A stretch of DNA of 64,000 bases from Polyangiales bacterium. Its GTDB lineage: Bacteria; Myxococcota_A; Polyangia; Polyangiales; Houyiibacteriaceae. The position numbers and the translations under genes were made by a program. The stretch covers positions 32,001-96,000 of the forward strand of contig JBGCFM010000100.1 in assembly GCA_045106895.1 (NCBI GenBank). Direction: 5' to 3'. Within the stretch, counting starts at the first letter, position 1, and the number at the start of each line of letters is the position of its first letter. Positions 43,076 to 52,356 of the stretch are shown one piece after another. The notes under the pieces were generated by a model that did no database searches, was not told the DNA's origin, and saw only the letters and a program-made list of their open reading frames with translations.

Positions 43076-43717
43076 TCAATCGACCCGAAAAAGCGTGCGA
43101 ATTTCGGCTTCTCCGTAGCGACGCGACGCGTCGACATCATAGAACTCCGTGGTTGTCTCGTCGCCGCTGACCTCGCGCATGCGCATGCGCATTAGACGCA
43201 CCCCCTCCCCTTCGAGGACCATCTCTCGTAAGAATCGCTGCAGGTCGCGGTTTTTGGGGCGCATCGTGAGCACCCACGAGGAGCCTTCAGTCCGAAACTC
43301 GAGCTCATACGCCGCCTCGAGGGCTCGCCGCTCCCCGGCGAGAACATGACGGATAGACCCGACGAAGCCAGCGACGACGGGGTTGTCGCGAAGAGCGATC
43401 ACCTCGTGCGTATCGCCTGAACGAATCGTCAGCTCTTGAGCGTCGATGAGCGCACGACTCTCGGAAGGTGAGCTCGTCGTTCGAAGAAGTCGTCCCGGCG
43501 TGTAGTAGATACGCCCTTCGCTTCGAATCGGAAGCGCCATCAGCGCGATGCGTTTCTCCTCACGAAAACGAGCGCTCAGCCCCGGGATCGAAGAGAACGA
43601 ACTGAGGAGTCCATCCAACGTCGGCGCGTCCTGCGCTTCCGCCGGGGCGCTTAGCAAGCCGCTGAAGAGCGCCGAGAGAGCGAGGTATCTAAGAGCGAAG
43701 TCTCGAAACGATTTCAC
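43076..43717 (-). CDS. LolA-like carrier protein (aryl-polyene-cluster type)
   Basis: Signal peptide; ARFREEKRI...SEG, W.L...P and E.SGD.T motifs. Confidence 0.8.
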   Translation of the reverse strand: MKSFRDFALRYLALSALFSGLLSAPAEAQDAPTLDGLLSSFSSIPGLSARFREEKRIALMALPIRSEGRIYYTPGRLLRTTSSPSESRALIDAQELTIRSGDTHEVIALRDNPVVAGFVGSIRHVLAGERRALEAAYELEFRTEGSSWVLTMRPKNRDLQRFLREMVLEGEGVRLMRMRMREVSGDETTTEFYDVDASRRYGEAEIRTLFRVD

Positions 43718-44099
43718 GGGGAGTCTCCAACAGCATCTCGCCGTCGCGGGTTGTCACGAGTGTGGTCCATGCACGGGCCACACGTTTGTTTTCGTCGCTG
43801 AGGTTACGAATCTCGTAGCCGAGATGAAGGCGTTGTTCCAAATCGAGGACTCGCGCTTCCACGCGGAACTTGTCGCCGTGACGAAGCGGCGAGGCGTAGC
43901 GACACCGGCTCTCGATAACGACCATCGCGTATCCAAGCTCGATGAGGTCTGGAACGTCCAAGCGCCGCGGTCGAAAGAGCGCCTCTCGGGCAATCTCCAG
44001 GTACTTATAATAGTGTCCATGCCAGACGATTCGGAGTGGGTCGCAGTCGTGAAACGGAACCACCCCTTCGTAGACCGCACGCGCCTTCTCTTGATTCAT
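43689..44099 (-). CDS. acyl-CoA/ACP thioesterase (hotdog fold)
   Basis: PFHDCDPLRIVWHGHYYKYLE motif. Confidence 0.9.
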   Translation of the reverse strand: MNQEKARAVYEGVVPFHDCDPLRIVWHGHYYKYLEIAREALFRPRRLDVPDLIELGYAMVVIESRCRYASPLRHGDKFRVEARVLDLEQRLHLGYEIRNLSDENKRVARAWTTLVTTRDGEMLLETPREIVSRLRS

Positions 44100-44108
44100 G
44101 CGGTCCGG

Positions 44109-45077
44109 CTATTCTTCGAAAAAGTCATAAAAATTGAACCAATTGTCGGGGTACTTCTGGCAAAAATCCGCCAGAACATCGGCATATTGCTGGGCGTATT
44201 CGGCCATGGCCTCCTCGCGACGCCCGCGTGGAAGAACGATTCGTTTGGCGAACGGGATGCAGTGCAAGTCGTAGCGGTTCCCGCCGCGGTAGACTCCGAC
44301 GGTGAAGTAGACGGGCCGTCTCAGACTCGCCGCCAGCAGATAAGGACCAAGCGGTAGTTTCGCCTTCCCGCCCAAGAAGTCGACGCTGACCGAGCGACCT
44401 TCCGGCTGGACGCGGTCACCTAAGATCGCGACGAGTGCTCCATCGTCGACACGGTCTCGGATCTTCAGCATGAAAGCGACCTGTCCGCCTTCGCCGATTT
44501 CGATGAGTCGTGTGGTGGAGGTGGGGTCGAGTGATTCGATAACCGCGTTAAACTTACGCGCGTTCTTCGTGTAAACGATGGGGTTGAGGGCGAGGCGCTC
44601 ATCCGCCGACGCCGCGCGCATCGCGTAAAACGAGCCGAGGTGTGCCCCGAGTAGGATCGCGCCCGACCCCGAGCTGCGTAGCTCTTCCAGGTGGTGGTGG
44701 CCGGTCTGCGTGACCTCAAAAAGATCGGTGCGTCCGCGCATGAAGAAGAGCGCATCGAGGGTGCACTGCGAGAAACGGAGAATGTGACGATAGCTCGCGA
44801 GGAAGCCGTCCGGGAGGGAGAGACGTCGCCGAAAAGCCACCACGCTCGCACGGGAGCGCCGCGAGAAGAGTGCGTAGTAAAACGCGACGAAAGCTACGAT
44901 GACGCGTACGGCGGGCCGCCCGAACATCGTCGCAGCCACGACGAGCGCGTGAATGCCGACGGCGCTGCCGCTCTCTTCAACATCTTGCCACCCTTCTTCG
45001 TTGGCGTCCTCCGAAACAACCCGACAAAGGCGACCGCGTCGCTCGAGGCTGACATCGCGATGTTCGATGCTGCTCAC
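44109..45077 (-). CDS. lipid A biosynthesis-type acyltransferase (aryl-polyene-cluster type)
   Basis: W...E.G, AHLGS, ILGDR and WFNFYDFF motifs. Confidence 0.85.
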   Translation of the reverse strand: MSSIEHRDVSLERRGRLCRVVSEDANEEGWQDVEESGSAVGIHALVVAATMFGRPAVRVIVAFVAFYYALFSRRSRASVVAFRRRLSLPDGFLASYRHILRFSQCTLDALFFMRGRTDLFEVTQTGHHHLEELRSSGSGAILLGAHLGSFYAMRAASADERLALNPIVYTKNARKFNAVIESLDPTSTTRLIEIGEGGQVAFMLKIRDRVDDGALVAILGDRVQPEGRSVSVDFLGGKAKLPLGPYLLAASLRRPVYFTVGVYRGGNRYDLHCIPFAKRIVLPRGRREEAMAEYAQQYADVLADFCQKYPDNWFNFYDFFEE

Positions 45078-45694
45078 ACGTCCCTCGGGGGCGGAAAGAG
45101 TTTCGCCAGGAGCCGGTCGTGGGGCGCGCGGCTGTACTCACGAAACCTTGCTTTGCGGATGATGTACTCCCCTGCGAAGAGCACGCCCATCAACGCGTAT
45201 GCGATCCCGCCTGTGTAGGTAGCCCACCACGACACGGGGGCGAAGAGAGCAAGCAAGGCGGCGCTCGCTCCGTTGAAAACAAAGAAGGCGCACCAAACGA
45301 TGGTCACACGTCGGCAGTGCTCTTGCTTGACGGGTGTCAGGTCTGGGTCCTGGAGGCGTGCAAAGCGCTCCACCATCGGCATCTCGCCGCGAAGTGAAGC
45401 GCCGAAAGCCACGAGGAGCGCCACGCTGATCAAAACAGGCATGGCCTTGATGTACAGGGCGTTATTGCTCGCGACGCCGACAAGGATCAGCGCCATGACA
45501 CCGAGGGGCAGGCGAAGCACCGGCCACATGTGCTCACGCTTCGTGCGCCACAAACGCAACGCCATCAGCGGGACCAAGAGACCGAGAACAACGAGGCCCG
45601 TCATGCGCGGAGAGAAGTGAGTCAGGGACCACCACACGGCGAGCGGGTACGCCACCGTCAACACAGCATTCAGGACATGAATCGCGACCCGCAC
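45074..45694 (-). CDS. conserved membrane protein of aryl-polyene/fatty-acid clusters
   Basis: AYP, ERFAR, RRVTIVWCAFFVFNG, W..Y.G..AY and FAGE motifs. Confidence 0.8.
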   Translation of the reverse strand: MRVAIHVLNAVLTVAYPLAVWWSLTHFSPRMTGLVVLGLLVPLMALRLWRTKREHMWPVLRLPLGVMALILVGVASNNALYIKAMPVLISVALLVAFGASLRGEMPMVERFARLQDPDLTPVKQEHCRRVTIVWCAFFVFNGASAALLALFAPVSWWATYTGGIAYALMGVLFAGEYIIRKARFREYSRAPHDRLLAKLFPPPRDV

Positions 45695-45699
45695 GAGCC

Positions 45700-46425
45700 T
45701 TAGCCGAGGCCTCCGGCCATTGTGATGACCTGCCCCGTCACGTATCCGGCGGGGTCGCTGGCAAGCCAAGCCACAAGCGACGCAACTTCGTCCGGCGTGC
45801 CGATTCGGCGCATCGGAATGTGCTTGAGAATCAGGTCCACAGGGGCGCCTTCGATCATCTCCGTGTCCACCAACCCCGGCGCCACCGCGTTCACCGTGAC
45901 ACCGCGTTTTGCCACCTCGATGGCGAGGGCCTTCGTCGCCCCAATAAGACCCGCTTTCGCTGCGGAGTAGTTCACCTGACCGCGATTGCCGGCGACACCA
46001 CTCACGCTCGAAATATTGATGATGCGCCCACGGCGTTTGCGAACCATCGGCATCACGAGGGGCTGCGTGACGTTGAAGAATCCGTCGAGGGTGGTTCGTG
46101 TCACGCTCTCCCACGCGTCCCAGCTCATCGCGGGAAAGCTATCGTCCGCGGCGATTCCAGCATTGTTCACGAGCACGTCGACGTGAAGCCCTTCTTCATG
46201 CAGACCCGCGATGGCGGCATGCACCGCCTCCCTGTCCGTCACGTCGAAGGGCAACAGACGCGCGGTACCGCCGGCGGCTTCGACGGCGTCTTTCACGTCC
46301 GTTGCAGCCTCGACATTGCTGCGGTAGTTGATCAGAACTGGACAACCTTGGGCGGCGAGGGCCTTCGTGATGGCCGCCCCAATCCCTCGGCTTCCACCGG
46401 TGACAAGCGCCCAGCCGTTACTCAT
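45700..46425 (-). CDS. fabG: 3-oxoacyl-ACP reductase
   Basis: TGGSRGIG, NNAGI and GNRGQVNYSAAK motifs. Confidence 0.9.
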   Translation of the reverse strand: MSNGWALVTGGSRGIGAAITKALAAQGCPVLINYRSNVEAATDVKDAVEAAGGTARLLPFDVTDREAVHAAIAGLHEEGLHVDVLVNNAGIAADDSFPAMSWDAWESVTRTTLDGFFNVTQPLVMPMVRKRRGRIINISSVSGVAGNRGQVNYSAAKAGLIGATKALAIEVAKRGVTVNAVAPGLVDTEMIEGAPVDLILKHIPMRRIGTPDEVASLVAWLASDPAGYVTGQVITMAGGLG

Positions 46426-47344
46426 TGGATGCCGCCTCGTTCGCGTCGACTTCGGGGATCGCCGCTGCGTACTCCGCTGCGAGCGACTGGCCGCCGACCT
46501 GGACGCGAAGCGCTTCCTGGATGACTGGGGTCCAGCTGACCCACGAGTGGTCGCCGTCGTATACGAACGCGTTGTGGGTGATCTCGTGCTCGCGCATGTG
46601 GCGAACGAATCGACGGTTACTGATGCCGATGCCGTTTCGATCCCCGGTGCCCCAAGAGATGAACATAGGCATTCCAACGTCGCGAGCGCTCTGCCAACGG
46701 GCGTAGAAGTCTTCATCTCGCAGACTCCGATCCGAATCCGCCGGACCGAAGATCCGTCGCATCGGGATGAACATCGCGAAGAGTCGGTTCTCTGCGAAGT
46801 CGCGCATACGTGGCGCGTCAAAGATCGGCGCGCTCAGCGCCGTAACACTCGCGAAGGACTCTGGACGATGCAGCGCGAAGCGAAGCGCCCCATGGCCGCC
46901 CATGGAGACGCCCATGACGTGGCAAGCCTCCGGGCAGGACGCGGTATGCCAGCGTTCCGTCACTTCCGGCATCAGCCGGTCGACGATCCAGTCTTCGTAA
47001 CGCTTGGTACCGTCGTGCCAGTTGACCCAGAACCCGTCGTCCCCCTGGGGAAACACGATGACGGCGCGCGGAATCGTCCCGGCGCTCACAGCCTCGTTCA
47101 GCTTTACGGCGAGTCCACGTTCTTCGAAAGTACGGGCGTCATCTCCACCTCCATGGAGAAAGACCACGAGGGGCAGCTCTTCATCGTCACGAAAGTCCGG
47201 CGGCGTCCACACACTGTATTCGACGGCGACTCCGCCGAGGTGCTCCGGACGGGTGGGCACATGCTCTACGTTCGGGGTCGTGACCGTCGAGCAGCCGAGC
47301 ATGCTCAAAATCACGCCGAAGGCGCTAAGTAGGGGAAGACGCAT
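46418..47344 (-). CDS. esterase-family alpha/beta hydrolase lipoprotein
   Basis: MLGC lipobox; FLHG, GVSMGG and GDHSW motifs. Confidence 0.85.
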   Translation of the reverse strand: MRLPLLSAFGVILSMLGCSTVTTPNVEHVPTRPEHLGGVAVEYSVWTPPDFRDDEELPLVVFLHGGGDDARTFEERGLAVKLNEAVSAGTIPRAVIVFPQGDDGFWVNWHDGTKRYEDWIVDRLMPEVTERWHTASCPEACHVMGVSMGGHGALRFALHRPESFASVTALSAPIFDAPRMRDFAENRLFAMFIPMRRIFGPADSDRSLRDEDFYARWQSARDVGMPMFISWGTGDRNGIGISNRRFVRHMREHEITHNAFVYDGDHSWVSWTPVIQEALRVQVGGQSLAAEYAAAIPEVDANEAASNE

Positions 47345-47457
47345 GCAAGAGCCTTAGTTCCACGGCTCCACCGGTCAAGGCTGCGTGGTTTCGTGTAAAA
47401 TTCCACGCAAAATTCCATAGGCCGCGCCACCGATGGATGCGGTACCCTCGGGCGGCG

Positions 47458-48954
47458 ATGAGCCCCGTTTCTGTCTTCCTCTTGGCGATTGCCACCATCT
47501 TCGTCGTCGGCATCGTCGGTGAGATCGTCTTTTCCAAAACTGGCGTCCCCGATGTCGTCTGGCTCATCGCCGTCGGCGTCATCCTTGGACCGGTGAGCGG
47601 ACTCGTCGACCGCGACGGTCTCATGGGCATTGCACCCTTCTTCGGTGCCCTCACCCTCGTCATCGTCCTCTTCGACGGCGGCAGTGAGCTACGGCTCGCC
47701 GACCTGAAGAAAGCCGCCGGGCGCGGCACTTTCATGGCCGTATTTGGTTTCATATTGGCGGTCATAGCCGTCGCTGCGATCACGAAGGCCGCCTGCTGGG
47801 CTGGGATTCTTCCGTCCAACTGGACATGGATGCACGCAATCCTGGTCGGGACCATCTTGGGCGGCTCCAGCTCCGTGGTCATCATGCCTGCTCTAAGCAA
47901 GGCAGGGCTCTCGCCCAAAATCTCCAATCTGGTGAATCTTGAGTCGGCCCTCACGGACGTACTCTCCGTCGTCGCCACGGGTGCGGTTATTCAAATCCTC
48001 GCTTCTACCGGCGCCGACGCAGGCGGTGCCGGCGCGGCGGCGGCGACCCTCGGCAAGTCCTTCGGAATCGGCGTCGGCGTGGGCGCCGTCGCCGGCCTGC
48101 TCACCGTTCTTGTGCTCAACCGACTCGAGACATCCGAGTACGCCTATCCGCTCCTCCTGGGGTTTTTCCTTGTCGTCTACGTCATCGTCGACGAAATGGG
48201 CGGAAGCGCGGCCCTTGCGATCCTCACCGCGGCGGTGATGGCCGGCAACGCGCCGGCGCTGTCGAAATCCATCGGCCTTGCGCAGGCTGCCCACCTTGGC
48301 CGGAACGTCAAAGGCGTTCACGGGGTCATCACCTTCATCATCAAGAGCTTCTTCTTCTGCTTCATCGGCGCGATGCTCGGCCCTCCGTGGAGCTTGCTCT
48401 TCTTCGGCGTGGGCATCGGCCTGGTTCTTCTTCTCGCGCGTGTGCCCAATATCGCCCTCGCGACGGCTCGCAGCGACATGTCGAAGCCCGCTCGCTCCTT
48501 GGTCGGGGTTCTCTTCCCGCGCGGTATGGCCGCCGGCGTACTGGCGATGATGCCGCACCAGGCCGGCATCGAGGGCACCGAGAATCTTCCCGTGGTGATC
48601 TTCTCTGCGGTTCTGACAACAATCCTCATCTTCGCCATCGGGTTCCCAATCCTGAAGAAACGGCTCCCGGCCTCAGACCTCGCGGACGGTGGCGGCACCG
48701 CGACGGGCACCCTCGCAGGTTCCTTCCAAGGCGACGAAGCAGCCCCCGCCCTCGCCCGCGCCCTTGAAGGCCGGCCAGAAATATCGGGAGACGCGGCCAC
48801 CGTCGCGGCCCCCGCCGTCGCGCGTGAGGCCGCAAAGGGGTCGATGCGCATCCCAATGGGCCCGGCCGACGCGACGTCGGTGGATCCTGGCGGGCCCGCC
48901 GCACGCGCCGCCGTGCCGCTGAGCCCCATCGATGACTCGGAGGAAACCAAGTGA
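47458..48954 (+). CDS. cation:proton antiporter (CPA1/NhaP-like)
   Basis: Many TMs; LFDGG, LESALTD and PRGMAAG motifs. Confidence 0.9.
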   Translation: MSPVSVFLLAIATIFVVGIVGEIVFSKTGVPDVVWLIAVGVILGPVSGLVDRDGLMGIAPFFGALTLVIVLFDGGSELRLADLKKAAGRGTFMAVFGFILAVIAVAAITKAACWAGILPSNWTWMHAILVGTILGGSSSVVIMPALSKAGLSPKISNLVNLESALTDVLSVVATGAVIQILASTGADAGGAGAAAATLGKSFGIGVGVGAVAGLLTVLVLNRLETSEYAYPLLLGFFLVVYVIVDEMGGSAALAILTAAVMAGNAPALSKSIGLAQAAHLGRNVKGVHGVITFIIKSFFFCFIGAMLGPPWSLLFFGVGIGLVLLLARVPNIALATARSDMSKPARSLVGVLFPRGMAAGVLAMMPHQAGIEGTENLPVVIFSAVLTTILIFAIGFPILKKRLPASDLADGGGTATGTLAGSFQGDEAAPALARALEGRPEISGDAATVAAPAVAREAAKGSMRIPMGPADATSVDPGGPAARAAVPLSPIDDSEETK

Positions 48955-49757
48955 GTGATGTGAGCGAAGAGAAGCGAGTCGAAGTCAGCATCGAGGGCGG
49001 CGTCGCTCACGTGGAGATGAACCGCGGGTCGAAACGAAACGGCCTCGATATGGACATGTTCGATGCCATGATCGAGACCGGCACAAGCCTCGCAGCCCGA
49101 AACGACGTCCGGGCCATCGTGCTCAGCGGCCGCGGGCCGGCGTTCTGCGCGGGCCTCGATTTTCAGGCGATCATGAGCGACCCAAAAGCCATGAAGCGTC
49201 TGCTCTCACGCGACGACAGCGCCGCCAACATCGCCCAGCGAGTCGCTTACGTTTGGCGTGAAGTTGAAGTCCCGGTCATCGCTGCGATTCACGGTCCGTG
49301 TTTCGGCGGAGGTTTGCAAATCGCCCTCGCCGCTGACATTCGTTTCGGTTCTCCGGACGCCCGCCTCAGCGTCATGGAGATCGAGTGGGGCTTGATTCCG
49401 GACATGTCCATCACGCAGACGTTGCTGCGTTTGGTGCGACCTGATGTGGCCAAGGAACTCACCTTCACGGGCCGCATCGTCGACGCCCCCGAAGCCCTCG
49501 CCCTCGGCCTGCTCACCCAGTTGTCCGACGACCCTGTTGAAGCAGCCAAACTCTGCGCAAAGCAGATCGCGGCTCGCTCACCGCAGGCGATTCGTGAGAC
49601 CAAACGCCTTTACGATCAGGCCCCTTTCCTCAACGCCGCCGACGCCTTGGCACTCGAGACGGAGCTGCAGCTCAAGATTCTCGGCACGCCGAATCAACTA
49701 GCAGCGGTCCAGGCCCGCATGCTCCGCAAGACCGCGACGTTTCGCGACCCCGAATAA
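48951..49757 (+). CDS. enoyl-CoA hydratase/isomerase family
   Basis: AFCAGLD, GGGLQIAL and EIEWGLIPD motifs. Confidence 0.92.
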   Translation: MSDVSEEKRVEVSIEGGVAHVEMNRGSKRNGLDMDMFDAMIETGTSLAARNDVRAIVLSGRGPAFCAGLDFQAIMSDPKAMKRLLSRDDSAANIAQRVAYVWREVEVPVIAAIHGPCFGGGLQIALAADIRFGSPDARLSVMEIEWGLIPDMSITQTLLRLVRPDVAKELTFTGRIVDAPEALALGLLTQLSDDPVEAAKLCAKQIAARSPQAIRETKRLYDQAPFLNAADALALETELQLKILGTPNQLAAVQARMLRKTATFRDPE

Positions 49758-49763
49758 CGCCGC

Positions 49764-50882
49764 TTAGAAGCCGAAGAACTCAAAGACGTCGGCGAGCTCT
49801 CGACGCACTTCGTCTTCCGTCACGCCAAACTCTTCCAAGCTGTACTTGTGCTTGCTCTGGTACCGACGCTGTTTTCGTGTCGCTTCGTTCAGGCGCGCTT
49901 GGTACGGCTCGCTCATTGGCAAGGACATCCAGTCGTAGAGGCCTTCGACGACGGCGCGAGGGTCGGAAACGAGGTCGGGATAGCGAACGACGCGAATACG
50001 CTCTTCCGGCAGGTCGCGGACAAGGGCTGCCCCGGCGCGATAGTACGCGTATCCCATATCGATCATTTCTCGGGACGCGTTCGTTGCTTTGCCTAGCTCC
50101 GGCGAATGAGTCTGCCATTTCGCGTGGTACATGCTGGCAAACGACGGCAACGCCTCGAAGGGGTGACGCAGCAAGTAGACGAAACGTGCGTCGGGAAAAC
50201 GCGAGAGCATCGAGCGAACACGCGGCGCGAAGAACACGTTCTTGTTCAGGAAACGTTTGTTACCTCCCACGGAGTACAGATGCTTCTTCACCGTCGCTTC
50301 GTAGAAGTCCATGAAGGCTTCGCGGTCCGCTTCGGGATGCGAATCAAGCCACGTCAGGCGCGTGTAGTTGCGCATGAAAGGGTTGAGTAAGGACAGCGAA
50401 GGTGACTCAAAGCAGTAGACGAAAGTCGTCTCGTCTTCCTCTTCTTTGTCGATGCCCATCGCGTGGATCCCGTCCCACGCGTTGTTGTCGAAGAAGGTCT
50501 TGTTGATCGTCTTCACGCCCTGCTTCCACAGAGGAGCCAGGCGCCCTTCGCCGAGGGCTGCGATGGAACGCTGAATGGACACCGCGCTAAACATCGATTG
50601 GTGGAGTTTGAAGCCTGCGAAGTTCTCTTCATCGAGGCCCATCAAACGATGAAGCATCGTGGTTCCGCTTCGACCGTTCGCGAAGATGAAGACGGGTTGC
50701 TCGACCTTTTGCTCGGCCCAATCCGGAAACGCAAAGTCGTCTACTTTGCGCGCCCCTTCGAGGAGAGTGCGCATTCCCACGAGTCCAGCGGCGTACCCTC
50801 CCCAAGTGAGGGCCCGCCTCGGGGTGAAATTCGCCGCGGCGCTGGTCAACATCTCCGAGAACACTTTTTGATTCACGTACAT
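49764..50882 (-). CDS. PAPS-dependent sulfotransferase
   Basis: 5'-PSB GRSGTTML and 3'-PB LLRHP..ALPS motifs. Confidence 0.85.
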   Translation of the reverse strand: MYVNQKVFSEMLTSAAANFTPRRALTWGGYAAGLVGMRTLLEGARKVDDFAFPDWAEQKVEQPVFIFANGRSGTTMLHRLMGLDEENFAGFKLHQSMFSAVSIQRSIAALGEGRLAPLWKQGVKTINKTFFDNNAWDGIHAMGIDKEEEDETTFVYCFESPSLSLLNPFMRNYTRLTWLDSHPEADREAFMDFYEATVKKHLYSVGGNKRFLNKNVFFAPRVRSMLSRFPDARFVYLLRHPFEALPSFASMYHAKWQTHSPELGKATNASREMIDMGYAYYRAGAALVRDLPEERIRVVRYPDLVSDPRAVVEGLYDWMSLPMSEPYQARLNEATRKQRRYQSKHKYSLEEFGVTEDEVRRELADVFEFFGF

Positions 50883-50948
50883 GGGGTGTCCTCAACCTGT
50901 CCCGCGTCGAGGGGGGCCGCAACCCCGCGGGCGTGCTATCGCTGCCCT

Positions 50949-52229
50949 ATGAAATACGGGTCCTTGTTTCTTGCGTGTGCCGTCGTCGTTGGATGTGGCG
51001 ACGACGACGTTCTGCCAATCCTCGATGCCGGAGCCATCGATGCCGCCAGTCCTGACGTCGGCAACGACGCGGGGAACGACACGGGCCCCGACCCCGACGC
51101 AGGTCCCGTTTGCGAAGCCGGCGAGGTGCCCCTCGGGCGCGGCGAACACTCCATGATCTACGACACGCGCCGCGACCGCCTGGTCGCCTTCGGCGGCACC
51201 GTGGCCTTCCCCGAGATGTGTATGCCGCGCTACGAGTACACCGACGAAATCTGGCTCTTCGATCCAGTCTGCCAAACCTGGACACAGGACACTCCTTCGA
51301 TTGGAGGCCCCGGACGCCGCGCGCGCCAGGCCATGGTGCACGACGCAGCCGGTGACCGTGCCATCGCGTTCGGGGGCCGGACGTACGAAGGCGGCTTCTC
51401 CTTCCGAATTCGCGCCGACATTCATGTCCTCGACCTGGAGACCTTGGCATGGACTGAGCTCATCCCAGCGAACGAAACGCTTCCACCTCGCTCCCACGCC
51501 GCGATGGCCTTCGACGAAACCGGCAATCGTCTCGTCGTGTTCGGCGGCAACCTTGGAGGCGGCGTCTTTAGCCCGGAACTCACCAACGACACGTGGGAGT
51601 ACGACCTGACGACGAACGAGTGGACGGAGCTGACGCCGGCGGAGTCGCCGGGCGCCCGCTACGGCCATGCCTTCACGCAAGTCGGTCGAAAAATGTACGT
51701 GTACGGCGGATCCGGACCCATGGGCAGCTTCGTGAACGACGTGTGGGAGTTCGATCTGGACACGAACGAGTGGACGGGCGTGCGCGGTGGTGGACCCGAC
51801 TCGCCGCCAAGTCGCTTCGGCGCGGCCCTCTTCGACGATGGTGCCGGCGGTCTCCTCATGGCTCTCGGACACGACGCGACGGACCTCGGAAACGTCAACG
51901 ATCTTTGGCACCTCAATCTGGCCACCAACGCTTGGACGGAGCTTCGCCACGGAGATGTACTGAGCGGAGTGGCGAACGGCATCTGCGACTTCCCCGCGGA
52001 CTTCACGACGCCGGACCTCGAGGGTCCTGAGCGCCGCAACTTCCAGGGCTACGCCGCCGGTGGGGGCCATGCCTTCATCAGCTTCGGCAAGACGGACTGC
52101 GGTAACGCCAACGACATGTGGACAATTGATCTCGCTGCGCCGGACTTTGCCCTCGCCGGACCCGCCACAACGAGCGGCGAAGCCTGCAATCGCTCTGGCC
52201 GCGAGGACTGCACCTCGCTCTGCTTCTGA
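50949..52229 (+). CDS. Kelch-repeat beta-propeller lipoprotein
   Basis: VVGC lipobox; repeated R..H..., FGG, NDxW and W motifs. Confidence 0.85.
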   Translation: MKYGSLFLACAVVVGCGDDDVLPILDAGAIDAASPDVGNDAGNDTGPDPDAGPVCEAGEVPLGRGEHSMIYDTRRDRLVAFGGTVAFPEMCMPRYEYTDEIWLFDPVCQTWTQDTPSIGGPGRRARQAMVHDAAGDRAIAFGGRTYEGGFSFRIRADIHVLDLETLAWTELIPANETLPPRSHAAMAFDETGNRLVVFGGNLGGGVFSPELTNDTWEYDLTTNEWTELTPAESPGARYGHAFTQVGRKMYVYGGSGPMGSFVNDVWEFDLDTNEWTGVRGGGPDSPPSRFGAALFDDGAGGLLMALGHDATDLGNVNDLWHLNLATNAWTELRHGDVLSGVANGICDFPADFTTPDLEGPERRNFQGYAAGGGHAFISFGKTDCGNANDMWTIDLAAPDFALAGPATTSGEACNRSGREDCTSLCF

Positions 52230-52356
52230 GCAGAGGCGGAGGTCTGGAGTAGCCGCGGCGATTGGCCAAAACGGGTCCAAACTAGACTTTTTTGACCATT
52301 TCCCCTATTGTGACAGTTGTGTGACACGGCTTTGGGCCCTAAAACACACGTGATTC

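Noticed and set aside
45695..46821. Long overlaps implied by ORF-track starts 46114 and 46821
   Set aside because: Starts at 45694 and 46425 give a normal operon.
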